From Malassezia furfur (Eukaryota): DNA of 64,000 nt. Numbering within the stretch: the first letter of the stretch is position 1; each line of letters begins with the position of its first letter. Shown here piece by piece: positions 36,466 through 46,285 of the stretch. Location of the stretch: the NCBI GenBank assembly GCA_052055015.1, contig JBQJIT010000009.1, one strand, 5' to 3'. Under the pieces are notes generated by a model. It was not told where the DNA came from. It searched no databases and saw only the letters and a program-made list of their open reading frames with translations. The translations under genes were made by a program, and so were the position numbers.

Positions 36466-37254
36466 ATGGCAGTCCCCGCAGTGCACCGTGCGCTGCCGTT
36501 CTCGAAGCCGGCGGTGCCGCTGGTGTGGTAGGTAAGACCACTGATGCAGCGATGTTCAGGAACGAGTAGGTGATGTTGCTCACCTAGTTCGCGTACGCTT
36601 CCCACTGACCAAGTCATGCGATCCACAAGTTTGACGATGTGGTCGCAACAGCCGTGAAGCTCACCAAAGCAGCGGGCTTCCTTGGAATACCGGTTCTTGC
36701 GACCGAGCAGTATCCGCAAGGTAGGCCGCTTGCTGACGTAGGTCTGGGATCCACGGTGCCCCAGTTGGCCTCTGAGATCAAATCGATTTCGCAGTATGCC
36801 ATTGAGCCGAAACGGGAGTTCAGTATGGCACATGGAAGTCGGTTGCTCGATATGCTTAGGAATGCGACGGGCAAGAGTCATTCCTATGAGGACGTCGAGT
36901 TCATCCTCTGTGGAATCGAAGCCCACGTTTGTGTCTTACAGACCGTGCAGGACCTCTCTCAAAAAGGAGCGTGCACCCATGTTGTCCGCGATGGAATTAG
37001 CTCGTGCAATGGAAAGGAAGTGAACATTGCGGTGCAAGTACGTTAACCGCTCACGCAGGCCATGCGCGAAGCAGGTGCCAACATTGCAACGTCAGAATCC
37101 ATTCTATTCCAGCTGCTAGGTGCGTCTATCGCTAACGTTAGGAAGCGCAGATCATCCACAGTTCAAGAACATCTCGCGTCTAATTGTACGTGGCCCGCTC
37201 ATCCAGCGTGAATCGCAAGCGCGCACGCACCAAGCGCTCGCGGCGTTGTGCTGA
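36466..37254 (+). CDS. Isochorismatase-family hydrolase (ISOC-like)
   Basis: Seven 21-22 nt introns (36528-36549, 36566-36587, 36593-36613, 36721-36741, 37038-37058, 37120-37141, 37186-37206) give CDVQERFAHAIHKFDDVV..TEQYPQGLGSTV..GIEAHVCVLQT..TSESILFQLLGSADHPQFKNISRLI. Confidence 0.9.
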
Positions 37255-37839
37255 TGACTAAGCAAATCGTAGCTTCACGGCAAGCCCCCACATCGGCTTT
37301 TGGACACCCTGCACGTTGGTCTCCTGGAGACGCAGTCGCACGTCCTACACGTTCTCGGTGGCATTTTTGTCACTTGAGATGGTAGATTGATCTATGGATG
37401 CGCTGGTATATCTAGCGCTGCGCTAGCGACTCGGATCCCAGCGATGTAGTCACTTGGTAATCCTAACATGACACTCTAAGCAGAAACGGCGCTGTTGCCT
37501 AACAGGCAAGTCTGACTTGCGTTCCCACTGTGAGTTTCTGTTCGCGGGTCGAGGGACAGTTTGTGCCGAAGACACTTGCGTGAAGTCTCTCTCGAGAGCA
37601 ACTCCGGGGAAAACGGTTTGTTGTTTCCTGTGCTCTTCCTTCCTTGGCACCGCCCGGAGTTTCCCAATGAAAGTGAAGAGCAAAGGCCACAGTGGGGGCT
37701 TGCTTTGTATCTTCGGGTACATGCCGGCCATGCGTCGTGTGGTATAGCCCAATGAAGTCTTCGCTTCGCTATACAAGGGTCTTGGCCCGCTTCGCACGCT
37801 CGCAGGGGCCGTGCAGGTGCATACGCATCCAATTTTTTG

Positions 37840-38791
37840 CTACTGTGTCTTGCGTAAATGGCAAGCATCGACAATCTCCTCTTCCGGTAATGAAAGTCTC
37901 CGCAGCCTGTATAAGCTGATACAACGTACGTAGCAACAAACTCGCCCATGTCTTGCACTTCTTGGCAATCTGTGCGAAATTTGGCTCCTTGCGATGCCGT
38001 GCGCCCAGTAGCCAGTGCACATGAACGGAGCGCCAGTGTATGAAGATCATCATGTTGATCCTGGTTCTCGTAAGTCCAGGTCACTTCAACTCGCATAGAG
38101 ATGGCGTGCCATTGCATGTTCTGTGTTAAGAGAGCAGCGTACCTTTACCCGACGCACCATATCATCGATGTCGTCTGCCTCGCCTTCAAAAAGAAGAAAG
38201 CCTGGATATCCCAACTTCAAAAGGCCCCATACTTGGAGTTCTGGGCACCACGCTGCAAATTGTTTCCGCTTGGACGGCGCGACAAGATGATGCGACCAAA
38301 AAATGACTCGTTTCATCACAAGGTGCTTCGGTGTCTTCTTGCTGGCAGGTGCCTCAGAAGGATGAGAGGGCTGATCCTCTTCAAATGGAAGTACGTACTC
38401 CCGAAGAGCTGTGTATATGTCAAAAACGGGGTTGGGAAGATCTGTGTTATTGTGTGCACGCACTCTCACTGCTCAACTCTGACCGCCGTTGGTTTATGAG
38501 CCCGTTCAGTTCGTCAAGCGGCACAACATCACTTGAGCTAACCACAGTGATTCCCGGGAAAGTATTTTCACGACTCCCCGTATCCAAAGAAACGTTCATC
38601 CAGATACCCAGAACTCCGCTTACCTGCAAGGAAAAATGCATCGTATCTGGTGCTGGCGATTCTCCGCGTTCAAAAGAGGCCAGTTTTGATTTCCACGCCT
38701 CTATTTCGTGCGCAGTACCACGCCACTGGAACTCGCCGTCCGTTAGACTTGCTTGGAGAAGCACGAGCTCCTCATAACCGGGAGTCTCCAT
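37840..38791 (-). CDS. RWD-domain protein (RWDD2/DUF1115-like)
   Basis: EELVLLQASL..IFWSHHLVAPSKRK..GLLKLGYPGFLLFEG..VKNMQWHAI. Introns 38442-38463, 38121-38142, 37907-37929. Confidence 0.8.
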
Positions 38792-38859
38792 ATTTGCCCC
38801 GTGCGAGAAAAAAAGCACACACCACACGCGGTGTAGTTTCGCGTCTGCCTCCACGCAAA

Positions 38860-39168
38860 ATGCAGCAGGCCAAGTCGACCAAATGGTCGCCTGGGCGAAT
38901 GTATGCGTTGTATGTTCATTGTCTAACTAACGTAAGATGGACATTCATGACGGTCTCTATGTTTTCAAGTGTATTTTTGATTAAGTCTTACAACCGGACA
39001 CGAAAACGTGAATACATTGCTTCCAAGATCCAGGAAGAAGGAGGTACGCGAATCACTCACGCAGGAAAGCCGCGGCTGCAAAGCCTGAACTCATCGCCCT
39101 CAAACGCAGTATCACCGATCGAGTCCTTACTTCAAAATCTATCTCGACAATGGGACAAAAAGTCCTAA
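38860..39168 (+). CDS. Small single-pass membrane protein, unknown function
   Basis: aaaATG at 38860 and one TM helix. Two motif-consistent in-frame introns: 38910-38936 (27 nt) and 39044-39064 (21 nt). Confidence 0.6.
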   Translation: MQQAKSTKWSPGRMYALYVHCLTNVRWTFMTVSMFSSVFLIKSYNRTRKREYIASKIQEEGGTRITHAGKPRLQSLNSSPSNAVSPIESLLQNLSRQWDKKS

Positions 39169-39177
39169 TAAAAGTAT

Positions 39178-39683
39178 TTACTTCAGTAGCTTCTCAATAT
39201 CAGCTGCGATCGACTCGGGCTTTGTCGTCGGTGAGTAACGCGAGACGACCTTGCCCTCCCTGTCCACCAAGAATTTGGTAAAGTTCCACTTGATCGCCTC
39301 AAGGCCCAGCAGGCCCGGCTTCTCGTGCTTCAGGAACTTGAAAACCTCGTTCGCATTCGCACCGTTCACATCCGACTTAGCCATGATCGGGAAGCTCACG
39401 CCATAGTTCACCATGCAGAAGTTGGAGATTCCATCATCATTCTCGGGGTCCTGGTGAGCAAATTGGTTGCAGGGGAAACCAAGGATCGTGAAGCCCTGGT
39501 CCTTGTAATCCTTGTAGAGCTTCTCGAGACCCTCGAATTGCGGGGTGAAACCACACCTGCGATTAGTAGATTCACTTACTTGCTAGCCGTGTTCACGATC
39601 AGTACAACTTTGTTGTGCAATTGGTTGAAATCAAAGGACTGGCCCTTCGGTAGCTCCGCCTTCAAATCATAAAACTTAACCAT
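39178..39683 (-). CDS. Glutathione peroxidase-like peroxidase (Cys-type, Gpx/Hyr1 family)
   Basis: VNTASKCGFTPQFEGLE, LGFPCNQF and IKWNFTKFLVD. 23-nt intron at 39557-39579. Confidence 0.96.
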
Positions 39684-39785
39684 GGTTGATGTGCTTGTGG
39701 CAAAAGACACTCAAGCGATCTATCGACCTAAGTACTAAATTTGCAATTTTAAGTCCGCCGATGAAAGGTTTATGTCCGTGCGCGA

Positions 39786-40892
39786 CTAAAGTGGCCTGAG
39801 GCCGAAAAGCCAATCAAAGCACGCCATAATTGTCCACTTGCGGTTCTCCGCCTCAGGGAAGACCAACGAACGCGCGCCGTAGAAAACGTCGTCATCCACC
39901 TCTTGCGACTTCCGCGGAAGACAGTGCAAGAATTTCCAATCAGGTTTAGCCCCGCCTTGTTTGGCTAGAGATTCGGTGACCTGAAACCCGTTGAAGTCAA
40001 TAAGACGCTGCTCTTTCGATGCCTCGTCGCCCATCGAGATCCATGTATCCGTAACGATATAGTCAGCATCACGAACAGCTTGGTGAGGGTCGTGGATCCA
40101 CTCCACGGCGCCTTGAGGCCGTTCCGACTTTTCAGTTGCAAGACCCTTTTTCATCAGGTCAAAAACGACTGGGTCCGGCGCGTATGCATCGCCCTTCGGA
40201 GCGGCGACGCTGAGATCCATTCCTAGACGAGGATAAGTCACCAGCATATCGTTGAGGATGTTGTTCGAGTCTCCGACCCAGGACACCTTGAGTCCAGACA
40301 GGGCCGAAAGAGGCTTCAGAGGTGCGCCTGGCTCGGACATGGTCTCCAGCATGGTCAGCAGGTCTGCAAGGATCTGTGTTGGGTGGAAGCGGCTCGAGAG
40401 CGCATTGATAACAGGCACCTGCGAGTATTTTGCGAGCGTCTCGATTTCATCATGGCCGCCCACGCGTGCCATGATACCATCCACCATGGAGCTGATCACA
40501 TACGCAGAGTCGAGCAAGCTCTCGTTCACGCCCAATTGAATATCGGAAGGGGCAAGGAACATAGGGTGACCGCCAAGCAACGCAGTGCTGGACTCGCTCG
40601 CAACGCGCGTGCGCGTGCTCCTTTTGCTGAAAATGAGTGCAATGGTCTTATCTTGCAAAGTGTGTTCGAAAGCTGCACTCTTCTGGATGTGTGTCTTGTA
40701 GGTTTTTTTGAAGTCGGCGGCACGCTGAAGCAGGGCGTCGAGCTCCGGAATGGTCATGTCTGCGAGCGTGAGCAGGTTTCGGGGGCGCATAGCCGAAGTG
40801 CTCAGACGACGTCCGGCCACATTTTTGAATGAGAGAGGAGCAGCATACTGAAGTGCGGCACTCGATACCAGACGCATAGTCAAGACGGTCAT
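39786..40892 (-). CDS. ARG3: Ornithine carbamoyltransferase, mitochondrial
   Basis: SKRSTRTR, HPTQILAD, DTWISMG and HCLPR motifs. Presequence-like N-terminus; start 40892 or 40877. Confidence 0.96.
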   Translation of the reverse strand: MTVLTMRLVSSAALQYAAPLSFKNVAGRRLSTSAMRPRNLLTLADMTIPELDALLQRAADFKKTYKTHIQKSAAFEHTLQDKTIALIFSKRSTRTRVASESSTALLGGHPMFLAPSDIQLGVNESLLDSAYVISSMVDGIMARVGGHDEIETLAKYSQVPVINALSSRFHPTQILADLLTMLETMSEPGAPLKPLSALSGLKVSWVGDSNNILNDMLVTYPRLGMDLSVAAPKGDAYAPDPVVFDLMKKGLATEKSERPQGAVEWIHDPHQAVRDADYIVTDTWISMGDEASKEQRLIDFNGFQVTESLAKQGGAKPDWKFLHCLPRKSQEVDDDVFYGARSLVFPEAENRKWTIMACFDWLFGLRPL

Positions 40893-41002
40893 AACGAGTC
40901 AGATTGCCAAGTCCCCCCACATACGCTATCAATTTACGCACCAGACCTACTGGGTGCAAAAACACCATCGAACACCATCTACCACGTGCTTCGGTCTTGA
41001 GC

Positions 41003-41232
41003 ATGACGCGTGAGTCGTCGTGACTGACGCAGGCGGCAACGCTCGAGAACTCGCTCGTGCAAAGAACCAAAAAAAGCAGGCCCAGCAGAACAAGGGCAAG
41101 AACACCAGCGGCATGTCGTTGGCGCAGCGCCGCGAGCATGATGCGGCGGCGCTGCGCGCCAAGCAGGAAGTACGTCGAAACCTAACGCAGGCGGCGGCTG
41201 CAAAAAAGGCAGGGGGGCAAGGAACTTCCTAG
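41003..41232 (+). CDS. SERF/4F5-family small EDRK-rich factor
   Basis: MTRGNARELARAKNQKK after the 23-nt intron 41010-41032. Second intron 41170-41190 (21 nt). Confidence 0.88.
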
Positions 41233-42115
41233 CTACAGTACAACACGATCCATGGTGACCTGTTCTATGTGTACGACCAAATGCGCGCCGTTCCACCAGT
41301 GGGTACGACGCAGGCCCTCGAGAAGACATGCATGCACGGACCCACGCGCGTCCTGAACAAGTTGCGATGCGTCGGGTAGGCTGGCAGGCACCGTGAACGC
41401 TAGAAGGGTATGTGTTTGTAGGTGAAGGCGATCGGTGAAGGAAGTAGGAAGGCGGAGCTGGGCCGTGATGAGGTAGAGCGACACGTCGACGAGTCCTGTC
41501 GATACGACAGTCCAGTCGTCGTCGTGAGTGCCGTCCCAGTCACCATGCCATGCGTGTGTGATGGGAGGCCGTCTGTTGTCCAGGGCATACACGACAGGGT
41601 ATCCAAGTAGCCATCCAGCTGTGGGTATCATGGCATGCCGCGCCTCAAGAGGCACGTCTGAGGTGAGAAAGACGAGCCTGTGCGATGTTTGGCAAGCGCG
41701 ATCGATGTGCTGGAGTAGGTCGGAAGCGACGTGCGGCATAGCTGTGAGCTGTGTGAGGAGGCCCACGTACGGCCGGGGTGTGGTTAGGAGCCACATTGAC
41801 GTAGGTATGCATTTTTTGCTGCTTGTACTGCATATGCATGCGGCTGCGATGCACAACAAACACCTGTTTTGCCGGCACGAACAGCACCAAAAGGACAGGA
41901 TCTATGCCTGGCACATCGGCCAGCGCGCCGGCCATGGCTTCACAGGCGCTGAAGGTCGGCGCAAATTGGTCAATTAGTGTTGCTGTGCGCACACCTGTCC
42001 CGACGAGGCATACGTCCAAGGCGAGCGCCGTGAGACTCGCGGCTGGCAAGCGAAGTGGCCGCACGGCGCGCGCGAGTTGCCCCCGCACGGACTGCACCAG
42101 GGCGGCGGCGTCCAT
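41233..42115 (-). CDS. DUF4504/C1orf74-like protein
   Basis: LALDVCLVGTGVRTATLID and AGWLLGYPVVY. A 22-nt intron at 41749-41770 joins the two ORFs. Confidence 0.65.
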
Positions 42116-42153
42116 ATGTGGAGTCGTTTCGATGAATCTGCACGAATTCCTCC

Positions 42154-43171
42154 ATGTCGGGCAAATCGCTGCGGCTGACGTTCAAGGGCGACAAGGTGTG
42201 TGTGTGTGCGCTGATGCAGCCGAAACGCAAGCGTGTCAAGCGGGAAACGGATGCGCCGGTGCGTGCCTTTCATGAGGATGAGGAGTCGGATGCGGAAATG
42301 TACGGCGGGGACGAGCAGGGTAGGTGGTGCGTGCGTTCTGACGCAGCTTGGGTGCCCGTCGAGGCGTGTGACGAGCTGAACGGGCCTGCATTCATCTACA
42401 AGAAGACCGATGGGGGCAGCGGCGTGGCACTAAGTTTCAATGTGCCACTGAGCCAGGTGGAGACGTCGAATGTCGATGCGCCCGAGCTGTCCGGCAGCGT
42501 GCTGGAAGACGGCGCGATGGTGGTCGGTGCGGACCTCGCGCCGATCAATGTGAACCAGGTGTGGGTCGCGAACAAGCTGCCCGGTCTCGAGCAGTGGACG
42601 CTGAAGAGTGCACCCGGCACGTTTTTGGCGAGCGACAAGTTTGGCAGTGTCACGGCGACGAACGAGGCGCGCGGCCCGCATGAGGAGTGGGTCGTCAAGG
42701 TGGTGGATGTGGCGTTTGCGCGGCCTGCAGATGCGCCGTTGCCGAGCAACGTGGTGCTGGGTCCGCGGCGTGGGATTGCGTTCCAGTCGGCGCACGGTAA
42801 GTGGCTTGCGTACGAGCCGAGTGCATCGGGCGACAAGAAGCAGAGCGTGCGCGCAGATGCCGACGAGCTGGATGAGCGCTGTGTGTGGGACGCAAGCGTC
42901 CAGTGGAAATTCCGGCACGCGGTGCGGCATGCGCATCGGGCAGCGCGCAAGACGGCCAAGCTCGACCGGGGCAACGTACTGGACGAGGAGCGCATCAGCC
43001 GCTCGCGCCAGGGCTGGAATGCCGGGTCGCGCGTGCGGCTTGCGTCCGGCGACCGCGCGGCGCTGGAGCGCGCACAACGCGAGGGCCGGCTGAGCGAGGC
43101 GATGCTCGACCGGCGCCAGCGGCTCAAGAGCGACAAATATGCCTGGGTGCGTGGAGTGACTGACGCAGTGA
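42154..43171 (+). CDS. FRG1: FRG1-like (fascin-fold) nuclear/spliceosome-associated protein
   Basis: LTFKGDKPKRKR, FLASDKFG..EARGPHEEW and LSEAMLDRRQRLKSDKY. Introns 42196-42219, 42320-42346, 43147-43168. Confidence 0.88.
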
Positions 43172-43203
43172 GAATGCGCTTGCCTACGTAGTGTATGCGA
43201 AGG

Positions 43204-44825
43204 TTAGGGCTGCGCGACCGACGCCGGCTGCGCCGGTGCGCCGGGTGCTGCGACCGTGCCCGAGGCGTCGTCAGCCACTGCACCATCGTTGCCGCCCGTG
43301 TCGCTCTCGCACGATTCTTCGGCGAGCGCCGCAGCGGCGCGAATTGCAAACTCGATGTCGCGTTCCTGGCGCTTCTTTTCGGGGTCCCAGAATGAGTACA
43401 CGTGCGACGACACGCCGAACGCCTGCGGGAGGATCTCGACAAGGTCGCCCTCGCGCACCTGGATAAAGGGGATCTCGGCGGGCTTGTTGCCCTGCAGATA
43501 CGCAATCAGGCAGCGTAGCACGGACGACTGCCCGATGATCAGCACGTCTTCGCGCGTGCGCTCGAGCTCAAAGATGATGGGCTCGAGGCGGATGGCCAAA
43601 TCGTGGTAGCTCTCGGCGCGCGGGAAGCGGAAGCGGTACGGATCGCGCTCCTTGCTCTCGATGCTGTCCGGGAAGCGCTGCGCAATCTCTTCGCTGCTCA
43701 TCCCATCGACCACGCCGGGGTTCATTTCGCACAGGTGCGAGTGCTCGCGCACCTTGCACCCCATGCGCCGGAAAGGCGCCGCGGTGAGCACTGAGCGCTT
43801 CCGTGTCGAGCACCACACCTCCAAGCTGCGGCTCGGCGGCCCCGGGAGCGGCGACACCGGCTTGGACTGCTCCGAGAACCACGACACGCTGTGCCTCTGC
43901 GACGGCGCCGGCACCGCGGTAAAATGCGGCTGATGGCACTCGCGCAGTGAGATGACAAACTCGCACAGACGCTCGGCGTACTCTTTGCCGAGCGACGACA
44001 GTTCGGCGTCCGCCTTGTACGAGTGCTCGACGAGTGCCTCGCCTGCGCGGGCAAAGTAGATGGTGCGGTCGCGGTTGTGGATGTTCATCAGGAAGAACAC
44101 GATGCGGTTCTGCAGGTAGCCCCGTACATTGTTCATCACGATGCGCTGGCCCAGGTTGATGAGCTGCAGGTACGGGAACGACGGGTCGGTGATCGGCTCG
44201 TAGAACTGCTTGTGCCGATCGATGCGCTGCATAAAGCTGGCCATCACGTCGCCCAACTCCCAGCCGAGGTACTGTGTGAGCGCCACCAACGTACGTCCGG
44301 GTTCGACTGGTAAACGGAGCGAATGTTTTGCGCGATCAGCTCGTCGTCGTCGCACACAGACTCAATGAACATAATCTGAATCTTGCCGCTCGAGAACTGG
44401 CGCCGGATCTCGCTGCGCTGCTTCTGCGTGCTGTTGTTGGCGTCGTACACGGCGACCTGCCCGCCCTCTTCAAAGAAGCGCCCAATCTCCCTCTGGAGAC
44501 GCTCGCGCACTTTGTCCTTCATCGCGAACGTCTTGGCGTGGCGTGGCGCGGGACCGAAGTAGTCGTTCGGCAGCTCATTCAGCGGGCCTAGTACCTCCCG
44601 GCGCACATTGGCCAGGTTGAACACCTTGCACTTCACACCGAGCCAGCGAAGGTATCGCTGGATGGCGTGCGCCAGGTGCGTTTTGCCACGGCCCGGCAGT
44701 CCGACGGTCACGACGAGGATTTGTCCCCTGGGTCAGTAGGAGGGGCAACGTACGCATGCCAGAGTCGGCCCGACTGCGTCGCTGGGTGAGTCGCTTCGCT
44801 ACGCACTGTACAACGGCGCTGCCAT
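43204..44825 (-). CDS. 6-phosphofructo-2-kinase/fructose-2,6-bisphosphatase family protein
   Basis: MAAPLYTTQSGRLWHAGQILVVTVGLPGRGKT and RFPRAESYHDL. Introns 44782-44806, 44728-44753, 44272-44294. Confidence 0.92.
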
Positions 44826-44883
44826 CGTCGTGTGGGGGGACGCGCACGTCTTCGGCCGAACGCATGGCTTGTGCACGTCTTGC

Positions 44884-45962
44884 ATGTCCACCTGGAACTG
44901 GGTGACGCGGGTCGCGCTGGGCACGGTCGCTGTCGGCGTCGCGTCGGCTGCCGGCCTGCTATTTGTGTACCAGCGCGCATTAATCTATCCATCGTCGTTC
45001 CCCGAGGGGTCGCGTACCGAGGTCGATACACCGGATCGCTACGATCTGCCCTTCCAAGAGTTCCGTCTGAACACGCCGGACCGTGAGAAGCTCCATGTCT
45101 ACCTGATGCTGCAAAAGGGCAGCGGCGATGACGAGGAGGTCGCGAAACAACGACCGACCATTCTCATGTTCCACGCGAACGCAGGCAATATGGGCCATCG
45201 CCTGCCGCTCGCCGTCGTCTTCTACCGTCGTCTGGGTTGCAATGTCGTGATGCTCTCCTACCGCGGCTACGGTCTGTCAAGTGGCGAACCGTCGGAGGCC
45301 GGGCTGCGCATTGATGCACAGACGCTGCTTGACTGGGTGCGTGCGCACCCGACGCTGTCGAAGACCAAGGTTATCGTGTACGGCCAGAGCATCGGCGGTG
45401 CCGTCTCGATCGACTTGGCCGAGCGCAACCCCAAGAGCGTATACGGAGCGATTCTAGAGAACACGTACGTGGTGTGCGTGTGAACTGACGCAGCTTCTTG
45501 AGCCTGCCCGAGCTGATTCCCACTTTGATGCCGCTGCTGGGCCCCTTTCGTTTCCTGTGCCGTACGTGCACCCAAGCTGACCCAGGCGAATATTGGCCCT
45601 CTGGGGAGGCGATCCGCCGCGTGCCTAAGACTATGCCGATCCTCTTTTTGAGCGGCGACAAGGACGAGCTGGTGCCCGAGTCGCATATGCGTCAGCTGTA
45701 CGAGGCGTGTGCGAGCAAGAACAAAGAGTTCCACTCGTTCCGCGGCGGCATGCACAGTGCGTAGCATTGACTGACTCCAGATGACACGTGTCTGCAACCC
45801 AAGTACTTTGACGTGATTGCTTCGTTCCTGCTGAAGTACGTGATCGACCCCGAGGACGTCGAAGACGTTGCGGAGGCGGAGGACGAGCGTAAGACGGAGA
45901 AGCTCGCGTTCACGCGCGATCCGGATGAAGAATGGGACGACGAGCGCAAAGCTAGTTTGTAG
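44884..45962 (+). CDS. Bem46/ABHD13-like alpha/beta hydrolase
   Basis: YQRALIYPS, FHANAGNMGHR, YGQSIGGAV, SGDKDELVP and GMHNDT. Introns 45465-45493, 45562-45585, 45757-45780. Confidence 0.9.
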
Positions 45963-46285
45963 GCTACTTAGGCGCGACGCAGCGAGGCACTCAGGAAGTG
46001 CAAGAGGTAGGGCGCTGGGTGAGTGGAGCGGCCTACGCACCAAAGTGCAGCACACCGACGAGGGCGGCAAAGGACTGCAGCGTGCGGCGCGCACGCAGGC
46101 GCGTGATGGCCTGCTCAAGCGGCGAAGGCGTCGGAGCTCCTGGGGTCAGTGCGGCCGACGCACCCGCAAACATCTTCTTTTCGTGGCGTGGAGGGAAAAC
46201 CACCGGCGGCGCATCGGCCGTGCGGGGAATTATGCCCTGGCACGACGCGCGTGTGCGCCACGCGCCGGTGGAGGTCCCAACGTTC

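Noticed and set aside
37261..37400. Possible U-snRNA (cggcttttgg and ATTTTTG)
   Set aside because: Lacks the U1 ACTTACC, U2 GTAGTA, U5 loop and U6 ACAGAG hallmarks. Kept only as an unexplained gap.
39540..39560. Selenocysteine in the glutathione peroxidase
   Set aside because: The active-site codon is TGT (Cys) after splicing.
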